Assembly (NCBI GenBank): GCA_002269645.1
Contig: NIVC01003148.1
Span: 7,877 to 71,876 of the forward strand
Direction: 5' to 3'
DNA length: 64,000 nt
Source: Macrostomum lignano
Lineage: Eukaryota
Positions 48,610-60,181 of this stretch are shown in pieces. The notes below the pieces were generated by a model. It was given only the letters and a program-made list of their open reading frames with translations, was not told the origin of the DNA and did no database searches. The position numbers and the translations under genes were made by a program. Positions within the stretch are counted from its first letter, which is position 1. Each line of letters begins with the position of its first letter.

Positions 48610-51600
48610 ATGAAAGCTTTTCACGCTGTCCAATGGTTTCTACTTTACGCAACAGGTGAGCCAATAAAACTCGAAATAAATTCTTCGATAATCGATCACA
48701 TTGGTACGAGCGTATCTAGATATACGTTACGTACTTATTATTACGTACATATCTAATTGTTGTACCTGTGCTTCTCCTGCTGTCTAGCACAGTGATTCGG
48801 TTCTCCGTCTTCTCACTCGGAAGCCTTCTCAACTCTTAGTAGCGTAGGTAGTGCTGTCACAAGTTCCTTCAGGTCTCGGCCTTCGATGAGGTAAACTTCC
48901 TGTTGGAACGAAATAATGAAGTCAACGAATACGGCACCGGGTGCAGATTTGCAGCTCAACGTACTAGGCGTCTCGTCAGCCGTATCTGCCGGGCTTGGTT
49001 GGTAGGGGGAGGCCTGAGTTAGCCTCTCGTAGTCTCGAAGCTGGGCTTTAGTAGGGTCTCAGTCAGACCAATAATAACAGATTCAATGTACGCAGAGGGG
49101 CGCTCAGTTCAGACACTATCGCACACGGGACTGGGCAGTCGGAACTCAAGAAACTTAGAGCTCGGGAACCTCGAAACTCGGGAAGAACAGGGTCGTTTCA
49201 CAAACCCTAATTTTCACAACGTCGAAACCAGAACCTTTCATAAGACCTATATTTCATAAACCCTAATTTTCACAACGTCGAAAATAAGCAATGCAGCAGA
49301 TTTCACAAGACCTAAATTTCACAAGCCCTAAATTTCATAACACCTAAAAGGCATGCACAGATTTTCAAAAGCCCTAAATTTCACTATCTCTAAATTTCAC
49401 AAACCCTAAATTTCACAAACCCTAAATATCACAACGTCGAAAATTAAATTTGCTTCTATTTTCAGAAGCTCTAAATTTCACAAGCTCTAAATTTCACAAC
49501 GCCTAAAAACACTATGAAGATACAATCTTTCACAATACCTAAATTTCACAACGCCTAAAAACACTATGGAGATACAATCTTTCACAAGACCTAAATTTGA
49601 CAACGTCTAAAAGCCGTCTAAACGTCTAAACATCTAAATAGTGTTTTTAGGCGTTGTGAAATTTAGGTCTTGTGAAAGATTGTATCTCCATAGTGTTTTT
49701 CGACGTTGTGAAATTTAGAGCTTGTGAAATTTAGAGCTTGTGAAATTTAGAGCTTGTGAAATTTAGAGCTTGTGAAATTTAGAGCTTGTGAAATTTAGAG
49801 CTTATGAAACTTAGAGCTTGTGAAATTTAGAGCTTATGAAATTCTGTGCACAACTTTTCGACGTTGTGAAAATTAGGTCTTATGAAAAGTATGGCTTGTG
49901 AAATTTAGGGCTTGTGAAATTTATAGTTTATGCAGTCTTATGCAAGTTTTGTTTTCGACGTTGTGAAATTTAGAGCTTGTGAAATTTAGAGCTTATGAAA
50001 TACTGTGCACAACTTTTCGACGATGTGAAAATTAGGGTTTATGAAATTTAGAGCTTATGAAAGTTTGTGTCTTGCGACGTTGTGAAATTTAGGGCTTGTG
50101 AAAGCGACCCTTCTCCTTGACGGAAACAAGGGGGAGAGGGGTTATATTTATAGCCGGGAAACACCCACGCACAAGACCTCGTGACTCGTTCCATTTTTAG
50201 AACTGACATCACTTGAGGGTCTCGGGCAGGGTACTAGCGCCCGGAAGACCTCGTGACTCGTTCTATTTTTAGAACTGATGTCACTTGAAGGTCCCCCAGC
50301 AGAGTGCACATGGCTGTGGCTCTGTTGTTTTTTTAGCAACATGAGTCACTCCTCTCCTTAGAGAAGGGAGGAGTCCGAAAGCATGTGACTCTCCCGGTAA
50401 ACAGGGCCAGCGAGTGCGGTAAACATGTTTACTGCACTTTAAGACTCGAAGAACGCAAGGACTGTCCTGTGACTAGCTCACAAGACAGAGAAAACGGGAC
50501 AGAAACGAAACAGAAACGAAACAGAGACAGCCCACAGCCGAGAGGCTGAGGGCTGAGAACAGAGACGCAACCGGGCGGAAAAGGGGACGGGCAGCAACAC
50601 ACAGGCGGAAAAGGGGGGATGGAAGCTGACCAGCGGCAGACAGCAACCTAGGGCGAGGGCGAGGGAACAGCTGACAAGGGCGACGCCTAACCATAAACTA
50701 GCGGCTCACTACATAATGAAGCTGATATAATCGCAGCTAAATTGACTCTGACGGAAGTTTTTAATCTAAAGAAAACTCCCTCATGCTTTTGTTTAAAAAG
50801 TAAAAAATGCGTTTTGATATGCTGTAACGCATACATTACAGCAGGCAGAGACGCAGTAAGCATGACTGGCCACTTGGAACAATAATAGTCTGTAAATATA
50901 ATAATTGTTCAATTACGGCAAGCCTCGTAGTAGAACAAATAGCGAAGAAAGAAATTGAATGAAACAAAATTTACGAGCGTAGCAATTGGCGGACAGTGAA
51001 AGCTTACAAGTAAGCGGTCGTAAAAGTTGGAGGAGAGAGATAAGAGAGAGACAGAGAGTGAGAGATTGAGCCGAGGCGAGGGCCAGGCTGTATATTTAAA
51101 AAAGTAATAAACTGGACCTCTTTGTGCGCCACACGGATAGAGAGGCCTAAGTTATCTATTGTGTAGATGTTATTGGGGGCCACACTACAGGCAAAAAAGT
51201 ACACAGAGGAAAGAGGAAATTGTTAATAATTGACAGTTTATTTGGCTAAATCTGACAATAATTGCGTTTCAGTGACATTCTCTCACTGCCACCTCATGAG
51301 TCTAACTGAAGCTGACGACGGACCCGTTGATCTCCGATCGAAGGCCAAACTCTCGGCTGCCGTCATCAACATGTCGAGCCTGCTGACGGAAGCCGAATGC
51401 GCGGTGCGCTGCCGCCTCCTCGGTTGCGCTGCCGTCGTCTTTGCGCCGAACTCGAGCCGGCGTGGATTTTGTCGGCTGGTTATCAGCAACAACGAATCGG
51501 CCGAGTCGGCAAATGACCGGAGCAGCAACTCGGTGTTGATGATCAACTCGACCGTCAGAGTGTGGCTTCGAGATGCTCGAGACAGAAGCATCTTCTTGGT

Positions 51601-53665
51601 CAAATTTTTCATGCTTAAGTTTTCAAGTGAGTCCATTTTTTATGTTACGCTTTAAGTTCTGCACCCATGATAAATCCTGCACAGTGCATTTAGAACAACC
51701 CAGCCTTAAATTATTCATTACATTTTCCTGCTAGACAAGAGAGAATGCATTTTCATTTTGGTTTTGGATAATCAATAGCTCACTTTTTAATAGGCTCAGC
51801 AGCTCACTCGTAACTCTCGGTGGTGAGAAGTCAGGACTGCTGTATTACCTGTGTGAGGTGTGCTTGCGTGCTCAGTCAGTGTGCCAAGAGGCTAGCAAAA
51901 CGGGCATATCTGCTTGACTCCTCGCAGTGGCAGTGCTCGAAAAAAACCCCTTTCCGAAAACTAATAAAATAACTGACTAGCTAGAGTTTCAGCACGCTTG
52001 TCAAGCAGTTTTGATTCGATTGACTCAACTCGAAACCTAAAACTTTAACACACAAGTCACAGAGTAAAAAATCGACAAAAACACTGCAGACGTTGGCACT
52101 AACCGATCTGGCTCAATCCAGCGCGTCATCATCAACGTGACAGGCTCTTACTTCCTTGAAGTCGCTGGTGCCAGAGGTGGGAATTGTGGAGGCGGCTCGA
52201 AATTGGGAGGCCACGGCGCCAAAGTGTCGGGCATCTTCAATTTGACGGTCGGCCTGCAGCTGAGCATCGCGGTGGGACAGGCTGGTAGATCAACAGGTAG
52301 CATAGGAGCACCTGGCGGAGGCGGCGGCAGCTTCGTGTTCGTGAATGAGAGCTCTGCCAGGCTGCTGATTGCGGCTGGCGGTGGCGGCGGCGCGTCTCTT
52401 GTCTATGACGGTGAGAACCTTATAGTCACCGTCGAATTGAATATTTGCTGCATTTTCCTGTAATAATTTGTTTCCAGTTAAATTAATTAATTACACCTGC
52501 CATATTGGGCCAGATGCAATAGCCGCAGCTATTGCCAAGACTGGGTGGTCGCCACACACCCTCAATTACCTCAGTTTACAGCACCCATTTTACAGCTGGG
52601 TGAACTGAGAAGCAATGCAGAGTTAAGTGTCTTGCTCAGGAGTGGGTCGAAGTTCGAACTCCAGACCCTTCAGTCGTATGTCCGACGCTCTAACCACTAG
52701 GCTAAAAATCCCTACGATGTTCCTAGTAGTATTATTGACCAAAATTGTCTACGTCTATCAACACGATAATATTAGTTAATGTTACTATTATTTTATCTGT
52801 AAATATGAAGTTTAGACAGCAATACACATGCAAGTATAGTATTATCCCATAGAGTTTTATAAAAAATTGAGAGTCCATTTAAACACATTATTAACAGTTT
52901 TTCCGTTCGTCGAACTACCAAGGATAATGGGCGTCCTGCCCTGACAGCTTTTTTCTCCTGCCCGTCTGGGCGTAGACTCAACAAAGTCAGTGCGGGGTAA
53001 TTTCAGTGCACAGTTAGGGACGTTTACAGCTCAAAACATCTCTTTGTACTGAGGTTCTCCTTTAAGATATGACACGACAGTAATAGTAATTTGGTCGAAA
53101 GTAAATCTGTTAAGGCGGTAAGTGTCGAGTGTGTCTCAATTCTCTCTTGTAAACTGCTTTTACGCCAGGCAATCCAGGACTGGCCGGACCCGACGGCGGC
53201 AACTCCACGGGCGCCGACAACGACGCCGCTCTGCGTGGTTACGGAGGCGCTGACGGAAATCCGGGACTCGCTTTGAACAGCAGCGCCGTCATCAATGCTA
53301 CGAGCTTCGGCGGCTGTGGCGCCGGCTGGCTGGGCAGGGCTGTCGCTCTTCGGCAAAACTACCACGATGGCAAGCCTGGTGGGAGCAACTCCGAAAATTG
53401 GACTGGCGGCAGAGCAGCTGGTGGAACTAACGGTGACGGCGGCTTTGGTGGCGGTGGAGGCGGTGGCCGCCAAGACAAAGAGCTGCCCGCGGCCGGTGCC
53501 GGCGGTGGTTTCAGCGGAGGCGGCGCTGGACTCGGCGGAGGCCAGGCCGGCGGAGGCGGCGGCTCCTTCTGCTCAGCTGGTGACACCTGCTCAGCCGTGA
53601 CCGGAGGCAACTCGGACAGCCAGCACGGCTTTGTAGTGCTGCGTCTGGTGGGCGATGGGAGCTGA
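48610..53665 (+). CDS. Predicted secreted PAN/apple plus ALK/LTK-type glycine-rich-domain protein (4 exons; no TM segment, no kinase)
   Basis: Exons 48610-48655, 51273-51626, 52090-52410 and 53169-53665, with all introns GT-AG phase 1 and in frame. Signal-like MKAFHAVQWFLLYATVTFSHC; PAN-like ECAVRCRLLGCAAVVF...C; GRD motifs TGSYFLEVAGARGG, IAVGQAG, GGGGSFV, LIAAGGGGG, GGFGGGGG and GGGGGSF. The exon 1 link is the least certain. Confidence 0.75.
48758..50713 (-). mobile_element. Solo-LTR-like insertion in intron 1 of the PAN-GRD gene
   Basis: TGTTGT...ACTACA ends with TAAT on both flanks (48754-48757 and 50714-50717). A minus-strand TATAAATA lies near 50145-50152, with a duplicated ~50-bp enhancer-like block at 50172-50290. 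Confidence 0.5.
49189..50111. mobile_element. Foldback MITE built from 16-bp CTAAATTTCACAA-type subrepeats
   Basis: Ends AGGGTCG(C)TTTCACAA...; the arms are inverted arrays of (GAAATTTAGAGCTTGT)n with a centre near 49630. No TSD seen. Confidence 0.8.
52480..52712 (-). mobile_element. tRNA-derived SINE with a CORE-like body
   Basis: A-box TAGCCTAGTGG, B-box GTTCGAACT, body CTGAGCAAGACACTTAAC...CACCCAGCTGTAAAATGGG, and an (AATT)n tail. Lies in intron 3 of the PAN-GRD gene. Confidence 0.75.
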
Positions 53666-54598
53666 AACTGATGAGGAACAGAGTCTGTCAAAGTGCAATC
53701 ATTTCTATAACAGGAAAGTCGGATAACAAAAAACGCCACGATAAGTTTATGGTATCATATTTTAACTTTTTTTATATTTATCGAGTCAGCCTGAAATGAA
53801 ATGAATAAGATACGAATGAAATTTTCAACCAGATTTTTTTGGGTTTTGTTTTACAGAATATTGATATTATTCGACTTGCAATAATATTAACAAACTTTTG
53901 CTGCTGATTAGTAATTTCTTGACTGCACTCTTAGTACGCTCGTTAAACTTATTCAAACTTGCACCTGCTATCTATACTGATAAAGTACTACAGAGTACCC
54001 TCTTCTTTTTCTCTTTTGAATCATTAAAAATAAACCAGTCTATACAAATTACGTGTGTCTGTCGATTCAACAACTGGCTGTCCTAACGAAGATAATGTGA
54101 CAGTGTCGTTATGCCATAATATTTTTTTAGTTTCTATCCGTTTTTTATTGTACTTAAATTGATTTTTGTAATATTTATGGGGTTAGGGGGTTGAACCGTT
54201 CGGGAGATAATTGATTGCGCACAAATATACAATTTTTCATTTTTAGTATATAAGAAGATATAAGATAACGACATAATGCTATATGCTATAACGACATAGC
54301 ATAACGACATCGTCACAATAACGAACTCGTTAAAATTTTAATCGGTACTGTTGAAGTAATAAATTGCCTGGGAGATGCTTCGATCCCGAAAGTTCATTAC
54401 AGCACTTAGTTAATTTGAATCAATCAGTAGCAACAAACAGTGTCTCCAGTTTCTTCTCGTACATTGATTTATTGAAGTTTGGATAAGAGAGTAAACATTT
54501 CCCAACGTATAATCCAGCTAATTATAAAACAGAAAAAGAATGTCGTCTGAGATCTTCGACACGGAGTTATCTCTTTTCCAATCGATGCTATAATCTGT

Positions 54599-56832
54599 TT
54601 ACTCAGTTGCAAGCGTCAACAAAAGGGCCAGTAGTTGAAGCTTTACTCGTCCTTGGTCGCTGTCCAGATTGCCGCCTCGAATGGTGCCGCCGCAGAATGA
54701 GCCGCCGCCGCCGCCTCCCAGACCGGCGCTCACCGCGCCGCCACCGCCGCTGTAGCCGCCGCCGGCGCCACCGGCTCCAAAAGTGAGGCTCGACTCGCCG
54801 CCGCCGCCTCCACCGCCGAAGCCGCCTCTGCCTGTGCCACCGTCGCCAGGCCTTCCGCCGATCCAGCCTTGGGCTCGGCTGCCGCCTCCTTCAACGTCAT
54901 TCTTCGTCTCCTTCTTCGACTTGGTCTTACCCAGCCAGCCGGCTCCGCAGCCGCCGCTTGCCAACATCGAGTTGAGCAACCCGCCAGAGCTGCTGAAGCC
55001 AGCTGCTCCGTTGGTGCCACCCTTGCCGCCTTTGGTGCTGCCGTAGGAATCGCTTCCACTTGTTGACGCGGAGCCCGGCTTGCCTGAGGATGAGTACCGG
55101 CTAGCGTAGTAAGCTACATTTTTATTTGTGTATGAAGAGAGTTGTGTAAATTGCGAGCTGGCACTCTACCTTTCTAGCACCCGTAAACCGTAGTCGGTCG
55201 GCATTTTTTTAATTCATTTACGCTGGTATTTATTATGTCAAAATTATGCATTTTGGTAACGGGGGCTAGACTTAATCGTTTCCCTTCTCTCCATCTGTAT
55301 GTCTGGTTTGGTTGGGCTGCACTGATTGGTGGAAAACGGGCTTGGTTTGCTCTCTCTCTCTCTCTCTCTCTCTCTCCCCTTCGAAACCTTTTTGAAAAGA
55401 GAGTAGTTTCTAAGGTTTCTGTTTCGCCTAGAATAGCTTAATCTAGTGTAACGACTGCTGTTTTGTTCCCCACTCTTCTACGACAATAAAGAGCGACTAT
55501 AAAATACATTGGGTGTCACTATCGAAACATTGAATCTCCCGAACAAAGCACTAGGTGTCCTTACCAAAATTCTGGGTGGTCCTAACCAAGGATCATATAT
55601 ACACAAGATGGGCCACTATGTGGCTATAGAAGCTAATGTTAAAAGAATTGCAACTCGCGACAGCTCAAAAATCAACTACTGGACTCAATTTCGTCAGTTA
55701 GTCTCTGCAGTGCATGCATCATTAGTTTGATTAAGTAGCTTTTTATTCAATGAAAAACTACTCAATGCAATAGACAGAGTCAGACAGAGCCATAGACATT
55801 CAGTGCTGGCTCCTTGGGCCGTATGCAGAAAGCTTAGTCCAGACTAGCTAGTCCGGGCTTGAGTAGTTCAGTCTATGGTCTATGGTCCAGCTACCCTAGT
55901 TCTGTCTATAGTAGACCGGTCTAACTTTTGTGTTTCTGCATACCAAATCCAAGTCCAGACTAGCTTTTCGAGACCGGACTACCCTAGACAGAGCTTTCTG
56001 CATACGGCCCCTTATCTTTACAATTGGCGTGGCCTCAAGAGGTAAAACTCGCTTCCATTCCAGGTTGCTAAGTCTCGAACTCCTTGGTTCTATTAAATTC
56101 TCAAAAAAGCGTCTATGTTTCTCGGCTGCTGAACTCAAATTTATAAGCAACCCATGTCGGCGTTTTCGCATAAGTGACGAAAATCGGCGGTCGCACTTTC
56201 CCTATTACCGCCATACAAAGTGGCCTATCTAGGGAATATAAGATCTATGGTCCTAACTAAAGTTCTACTCACCTCAATACTCTTTTGCGTGCAGGAATGG
56301 ATGTCTATGGTAAATCTCACTGAAAAGCATTAGGCGCAGAAATGCATTCCTGCACGGTTTTGTGCATTCCTGCACGATGAATCATCCGACAATGGAATTC
56401 CTTCACGTTCACTCGTACGTGAAGGACATCCTGCACTCGTGACCGTGCAGGAATATACCAATGTTGAGCAGCCATACACAGCGGCTAGCTGCAGAACTCA
56501 CCGCGATTACTGTCGGCGGCTCCTCCGCCCCCACCGGCGGCCAACAGCAGTACGTCGCTACCGTTGTCGATCGTCCGGTACACAAAGCTGCCTCTGCCCC
56601 CGCCCCCGCCAGCCCTGCCCTTGTTGGCCGCGCCGCCAGCCTGTCCGATCACAATGCTTAGCCGGATGCCAGCTGCTAGGATGAAGCTTCCAGCAGCAAA
56701 AGCACCTCGGCCGCCTTTCTTCCCTGTATTTGGATGTCCGCCGCCTCGAGCCCCGGCCGTTTTTGATGCGGTAGCAACCGGGCAGGCTGATCAGCGCCTC
56801 CTGGATGTTGCCGAGACGTCCGCGGCTCGTAT
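54599..56832 (-). CDS. Convergent paralog: ALK/LTK-type glycine-rich-domain exons with a +1 frameshift in an A5 run at 56760-56764
   Basis: Exon 56832-56502 reads GNIQEALISLPGCYRIK/TAGARGG...IVIGQAG...GSFVY...LLAAGGGGG. Exon 55083-54599 reads GGCGAGW...GGFGGGGG...GGGGGSFC. Intron position and phase match the plus-strand gene. Upstream exons not resolved. Confidence 0.75.
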
Positions 56833-58070
56833 CTGGAAGAAACAGGTCCACGTCCGTTATAGCAAATTATATATAAAAAAGATTGTAGTTTTTTAAATTA
56901 AGAACAGTAGAAGTGAGAGATTATGAGAAATTTTCTCATGATTAATTCCGCAAAATGTCGTTACTACTGACTAAGAAGAGTTAACGTGTTTTCCTTGTAA
57001 GTTGTGTGAGGTACAGTACAACTGCAGGGTTCTTCGCATTGGCTCAGTTGATTGACGACAAAGAGTGCTTGGCAAGCCACTCCGGCTGGTTTACATAACA
57101 ATTGTTGAGAAATGAAACAATAAGCCTACTGTTGAAGCAATAATGGTTCTTTCAAATCTGTCCACTTACGAGCTACGAGTATTTTGACAAACATTGAAAC
57201 ACTTTGCAGACAAGAAGTGAACTTAAAACTGAAAAAAACCGACCTGATATTGAGTGTGGATGCTAAGCATTTTATCCGAAAAAATGGTTTGCTTTTAACA
57301 CCGAATAGCTACTTCTTTCTGCCAGTTATAAAATAATACGGTTTGTTTTAACAGATCTGTCAATCATTCGATGTAACCGACTCTAAACGAGCTAAACAAC
57401 TGTAGAAAGCTCTTGACAACTCTCGACATTATACTCAATGACACGAGGAAATGCCAAGTATTAATAATCGATATTGAAACTATCCATTTTTCTTTGCATT
57501 TTCCAAACACGCATTTGAGGGTTGATATTTCTTAGAAAATAAATTCTAGGAAGATCTGTCCAAAAAGAGACATAAAAACTAAGATTGGCAGCTGTAACGT
57601 CCACCGTACTAAGGTTAGCTACAAATGTAATCACCTTCGATTCTTCGGTACAGGGGTATAAATTTAAAAATCATGTGATCCCTTCAACTTAGCTGCAGGA
57701 AGGGTGCTCCGAGCATTGCGCTACCTAGATAGTGTGATTTCTATATGATAAATAACTTCGGCTGTCAGCTTATGACTTCTCTTGGTCACGGTGTGAAAGA
57801 ATGATTGACAGTCGATCCGCTACCGAACTATACTTTGCACCAAAAATTATTGGCTACTACTTTTAGCTTTTTGTCACTGACTGATGGATTGATACTTCCT
57901 AATATTTCAATTTGCTCATGCTCTACTGGTACTACTTTTGTTAAATGTCAAGTAGTAGGTCAGAAATCCCATAAAAATCTGTACACTGCATCGCGGCTCA
58001 AGTTATGCTTGAAGCTGTTTAAGTTCCTAGAAAGAATATTCAGAGACTCGGTCAACTGTATTCACTGCCC

Positions 58071-58938
58071 CAGGGCGTCGCCATGGATTGTATGGAGGGG
58101 GAACAAAGCCAAGAATGTTGCATGTACATGTGTACATGACAATTTCTGCTAGTAAATTATTTTCAGAATCGGTGTTGTCCGCGATCATTTAATTATTTTG
58201 GCGCCGCAGGTACTCATTTTAGCGCCGCAGGCACTCATTTTAGCGCCGCAGGCACTCATTTTAGCGCCGCTGGCACTCATTTTAGCGCGACATTCACTCA
58301 TTTTAGCGCCACATTCACTCATTTTAGCGCCACATTCACTCATTTTAGCGCCACATTCACTCATTTTAGCGCCACATTCACTCATTTTAGCGCCACATGC
58401 ACTCATTTTAGCGCCACATTCACTCATTTTAGTGCCACATTCACTCATTGTAGTGCCGCAGGCACTCACTTTAGCGCCGCAGGCACTCACTTTAGCGCCG
58501 CAGGCACTCACTTTAGCGGCGCAGGCACTCACTTTAGCGCCGCAGGCACTCACTTTAGCGCCGCAGGCACTCACTTTAGCGCCGCAGGCACTCACTTTAG
58601 CGCCGCAGGCACTCACTTTAGCGCCGCAGGCACTCACTTTAGCGGCGCAGGCACTCACTTTAGCGCCGCAGGCACTCACTTTAGCGCCGCAGGCACTCAC
58701 TTTAGCGCCGCAGGCACTCACTTTAGCGCCGCTGGCACTCATTTTAGCGCCGCAGGCACTCATTTTAGCGCCGCAGGCACCATCTTTAGTTATAATAAGC
58801 AAAACATTTAGATTTCCATAGCAAGTCAAAAAAGGTAGGGAGGGGGGGACAAAGCATTGGCAAGTCCCAGAATATAGCTTTTAGTTCGTTATGGGGGAGG
58901 GGAACATGTCTCCTGTCCCCCCGGTGGCGACGCCCCTG
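58071..58938. mobile_element. hAT-like element with an expanded 21-bp minisatellite
   Basis: TIRs CAGGG(G)CGTCGCCA and TGGCGACGCCCCTG, with the same GGGGGACAAAGCATTGGCA subterminal block as 19718-20031. No TSD seen. Confidence 0.7.
58195..58785. repeat. 21-bp minisatellite, about 28 units, in three variant blocks
   Basis: TTAGCGCCGCAGGCACTCA(C/T)T, with a block of ...GCCACATTCACTCATT variants. Confidence 0.97.
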
Positions 58939-58982
58939 ATCTTAAGTAGCTGGTATATATTATTACATGTATACGTAGCTTT

Positions 58983-60181
58983 CTAAATTCTAACACTCCA
59001 AAAAGTTCTCTTTTGGGGGTTGGGGTTCACTCTTAAGCTGCTGCCAAACCAAAATCCGCCAAAGCCAAACACTCGAGAGCAAGACATTTTTGGATTTGTA
59101 TCGTGATCCCTGTCGTAGGTGCTAAATTGCTGCTCATTGTGCACCCTGATGAAACCGTCAATAGTTGAGCCCGCTTTCTTATCGCCCACTCGAAGTCGGT
59201 AGTTCTGGTCGGCGCTCAAGACCTGGAATCGGCCATATTCACCCCAGTACTTCTTCTTGTCCAGACCTTCGGCTTCAATTCTCAGTCGACAAAGTGTAGT
59301 CTCGGGATTGCGCCAAGTAACATCGGTTTCTTTGGTCGCAGTGATGGCGAAAAGACTCTCCAGTCCTGCAGTATGGAAGCATGGTAAGCGATTTTAAAAC
59401 TGTGCAGAATCAGCTAGCCTTGATAAAGCAGCTGTTATAGTCTTAGATTATTCTAAGAGTACACACCGATCCAAAAATTGGACTTTGGATGTCCGAATCC
59501 CTTGACGTAGTCGTCCCAATTTTTCTTGAATGACAAATCGCCATTAACCTGTCGCTGAATGACAAACCATCGGCCTCTGTAGCAGTCCTTGAGATTCAAT
59601 GGAGTCAAACTTGCTTGCGCTTCGAACATCACCGCAGAGCTAGCTACCTCTCCGATCAGGTTAAATTGCACTGCCTGCTGAAGAGACCACGGATTGCTCA
59701 CGAGTTCATCTCGCAGTCCTGAGCACCTCTCGTAAGTGTCGCATAGGAACAAAAGTTTCCATCTGCCACGCTTGCTGGTTGTAATCACAGTCAGCTTCGA
59801 ACTCTTACTCGCGAGTGCCGCGTTCAACTTGACGTCAACCTGAGAAACGATGACTCGACCAATTTTTTTTCCGCGGCCCATGGTACTCTTTAGAACAGGA
59901 GTTTTCACTTGAAACGGTACAGACAACTGATACTTCAGGTAAAGACGGTTATACCTGAGGGTGCTGCAAGACCCACCGAGCTTGACTCTCGGTTCGGCCA
60001 CTTGAACGCCTCTTCCCAACTCGAATACCCGCAGCTTCAAGCCTTTTATAGTGGTCGTGCCAACGATTTCCTTGAAAGAGTAGCTAGAATGCGGGTCATT
60101 CTGGCAGCTACACGTCATCAGAGTTGCACAACAGCCGATCACGAGCAGAAGTGCTGCAATTACTCTAAGTTTTAATTCCAT
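58983..60181 (-). pseudogene. FREP-like copy B: exon 1 intact, 3' end replaced after about 59020
   Basis: Near-identical to copy A, with an A8 run that keeps the frame and an intron at 59466-59366. It ends GSSLRVNPNPQKRTFWSVRI* instead of GSCLRVNPNGVV...MKLKCE*. Confidence 0.8.

Noticed and set aside
53668-53700. CTGATGA hammerhead-core candidates (also 6378 and 46349)
   Set aside because: There is no correctly placed GAAA and no three-helix junction.
55791-56460. Small inverted and direct repeats in the GRD-paralog intron
   Set aside because: There is a 19-bp IR (55816-55834 and 55991-56009) and CATTCCTGCAC repeats, but no TSD or consistent ends, so these are probably decayed MITE pieces.
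58185-58829. ORFs of LAPQALT/GAKVSAC heptads (also LHLINQGL at 22647-23327 and MFSPVTSQVLSKYA at 43314-43577)
   Set aside because: These are short units with lengths divisible by three, so staying open is unremarkable. There is no start or splice context.
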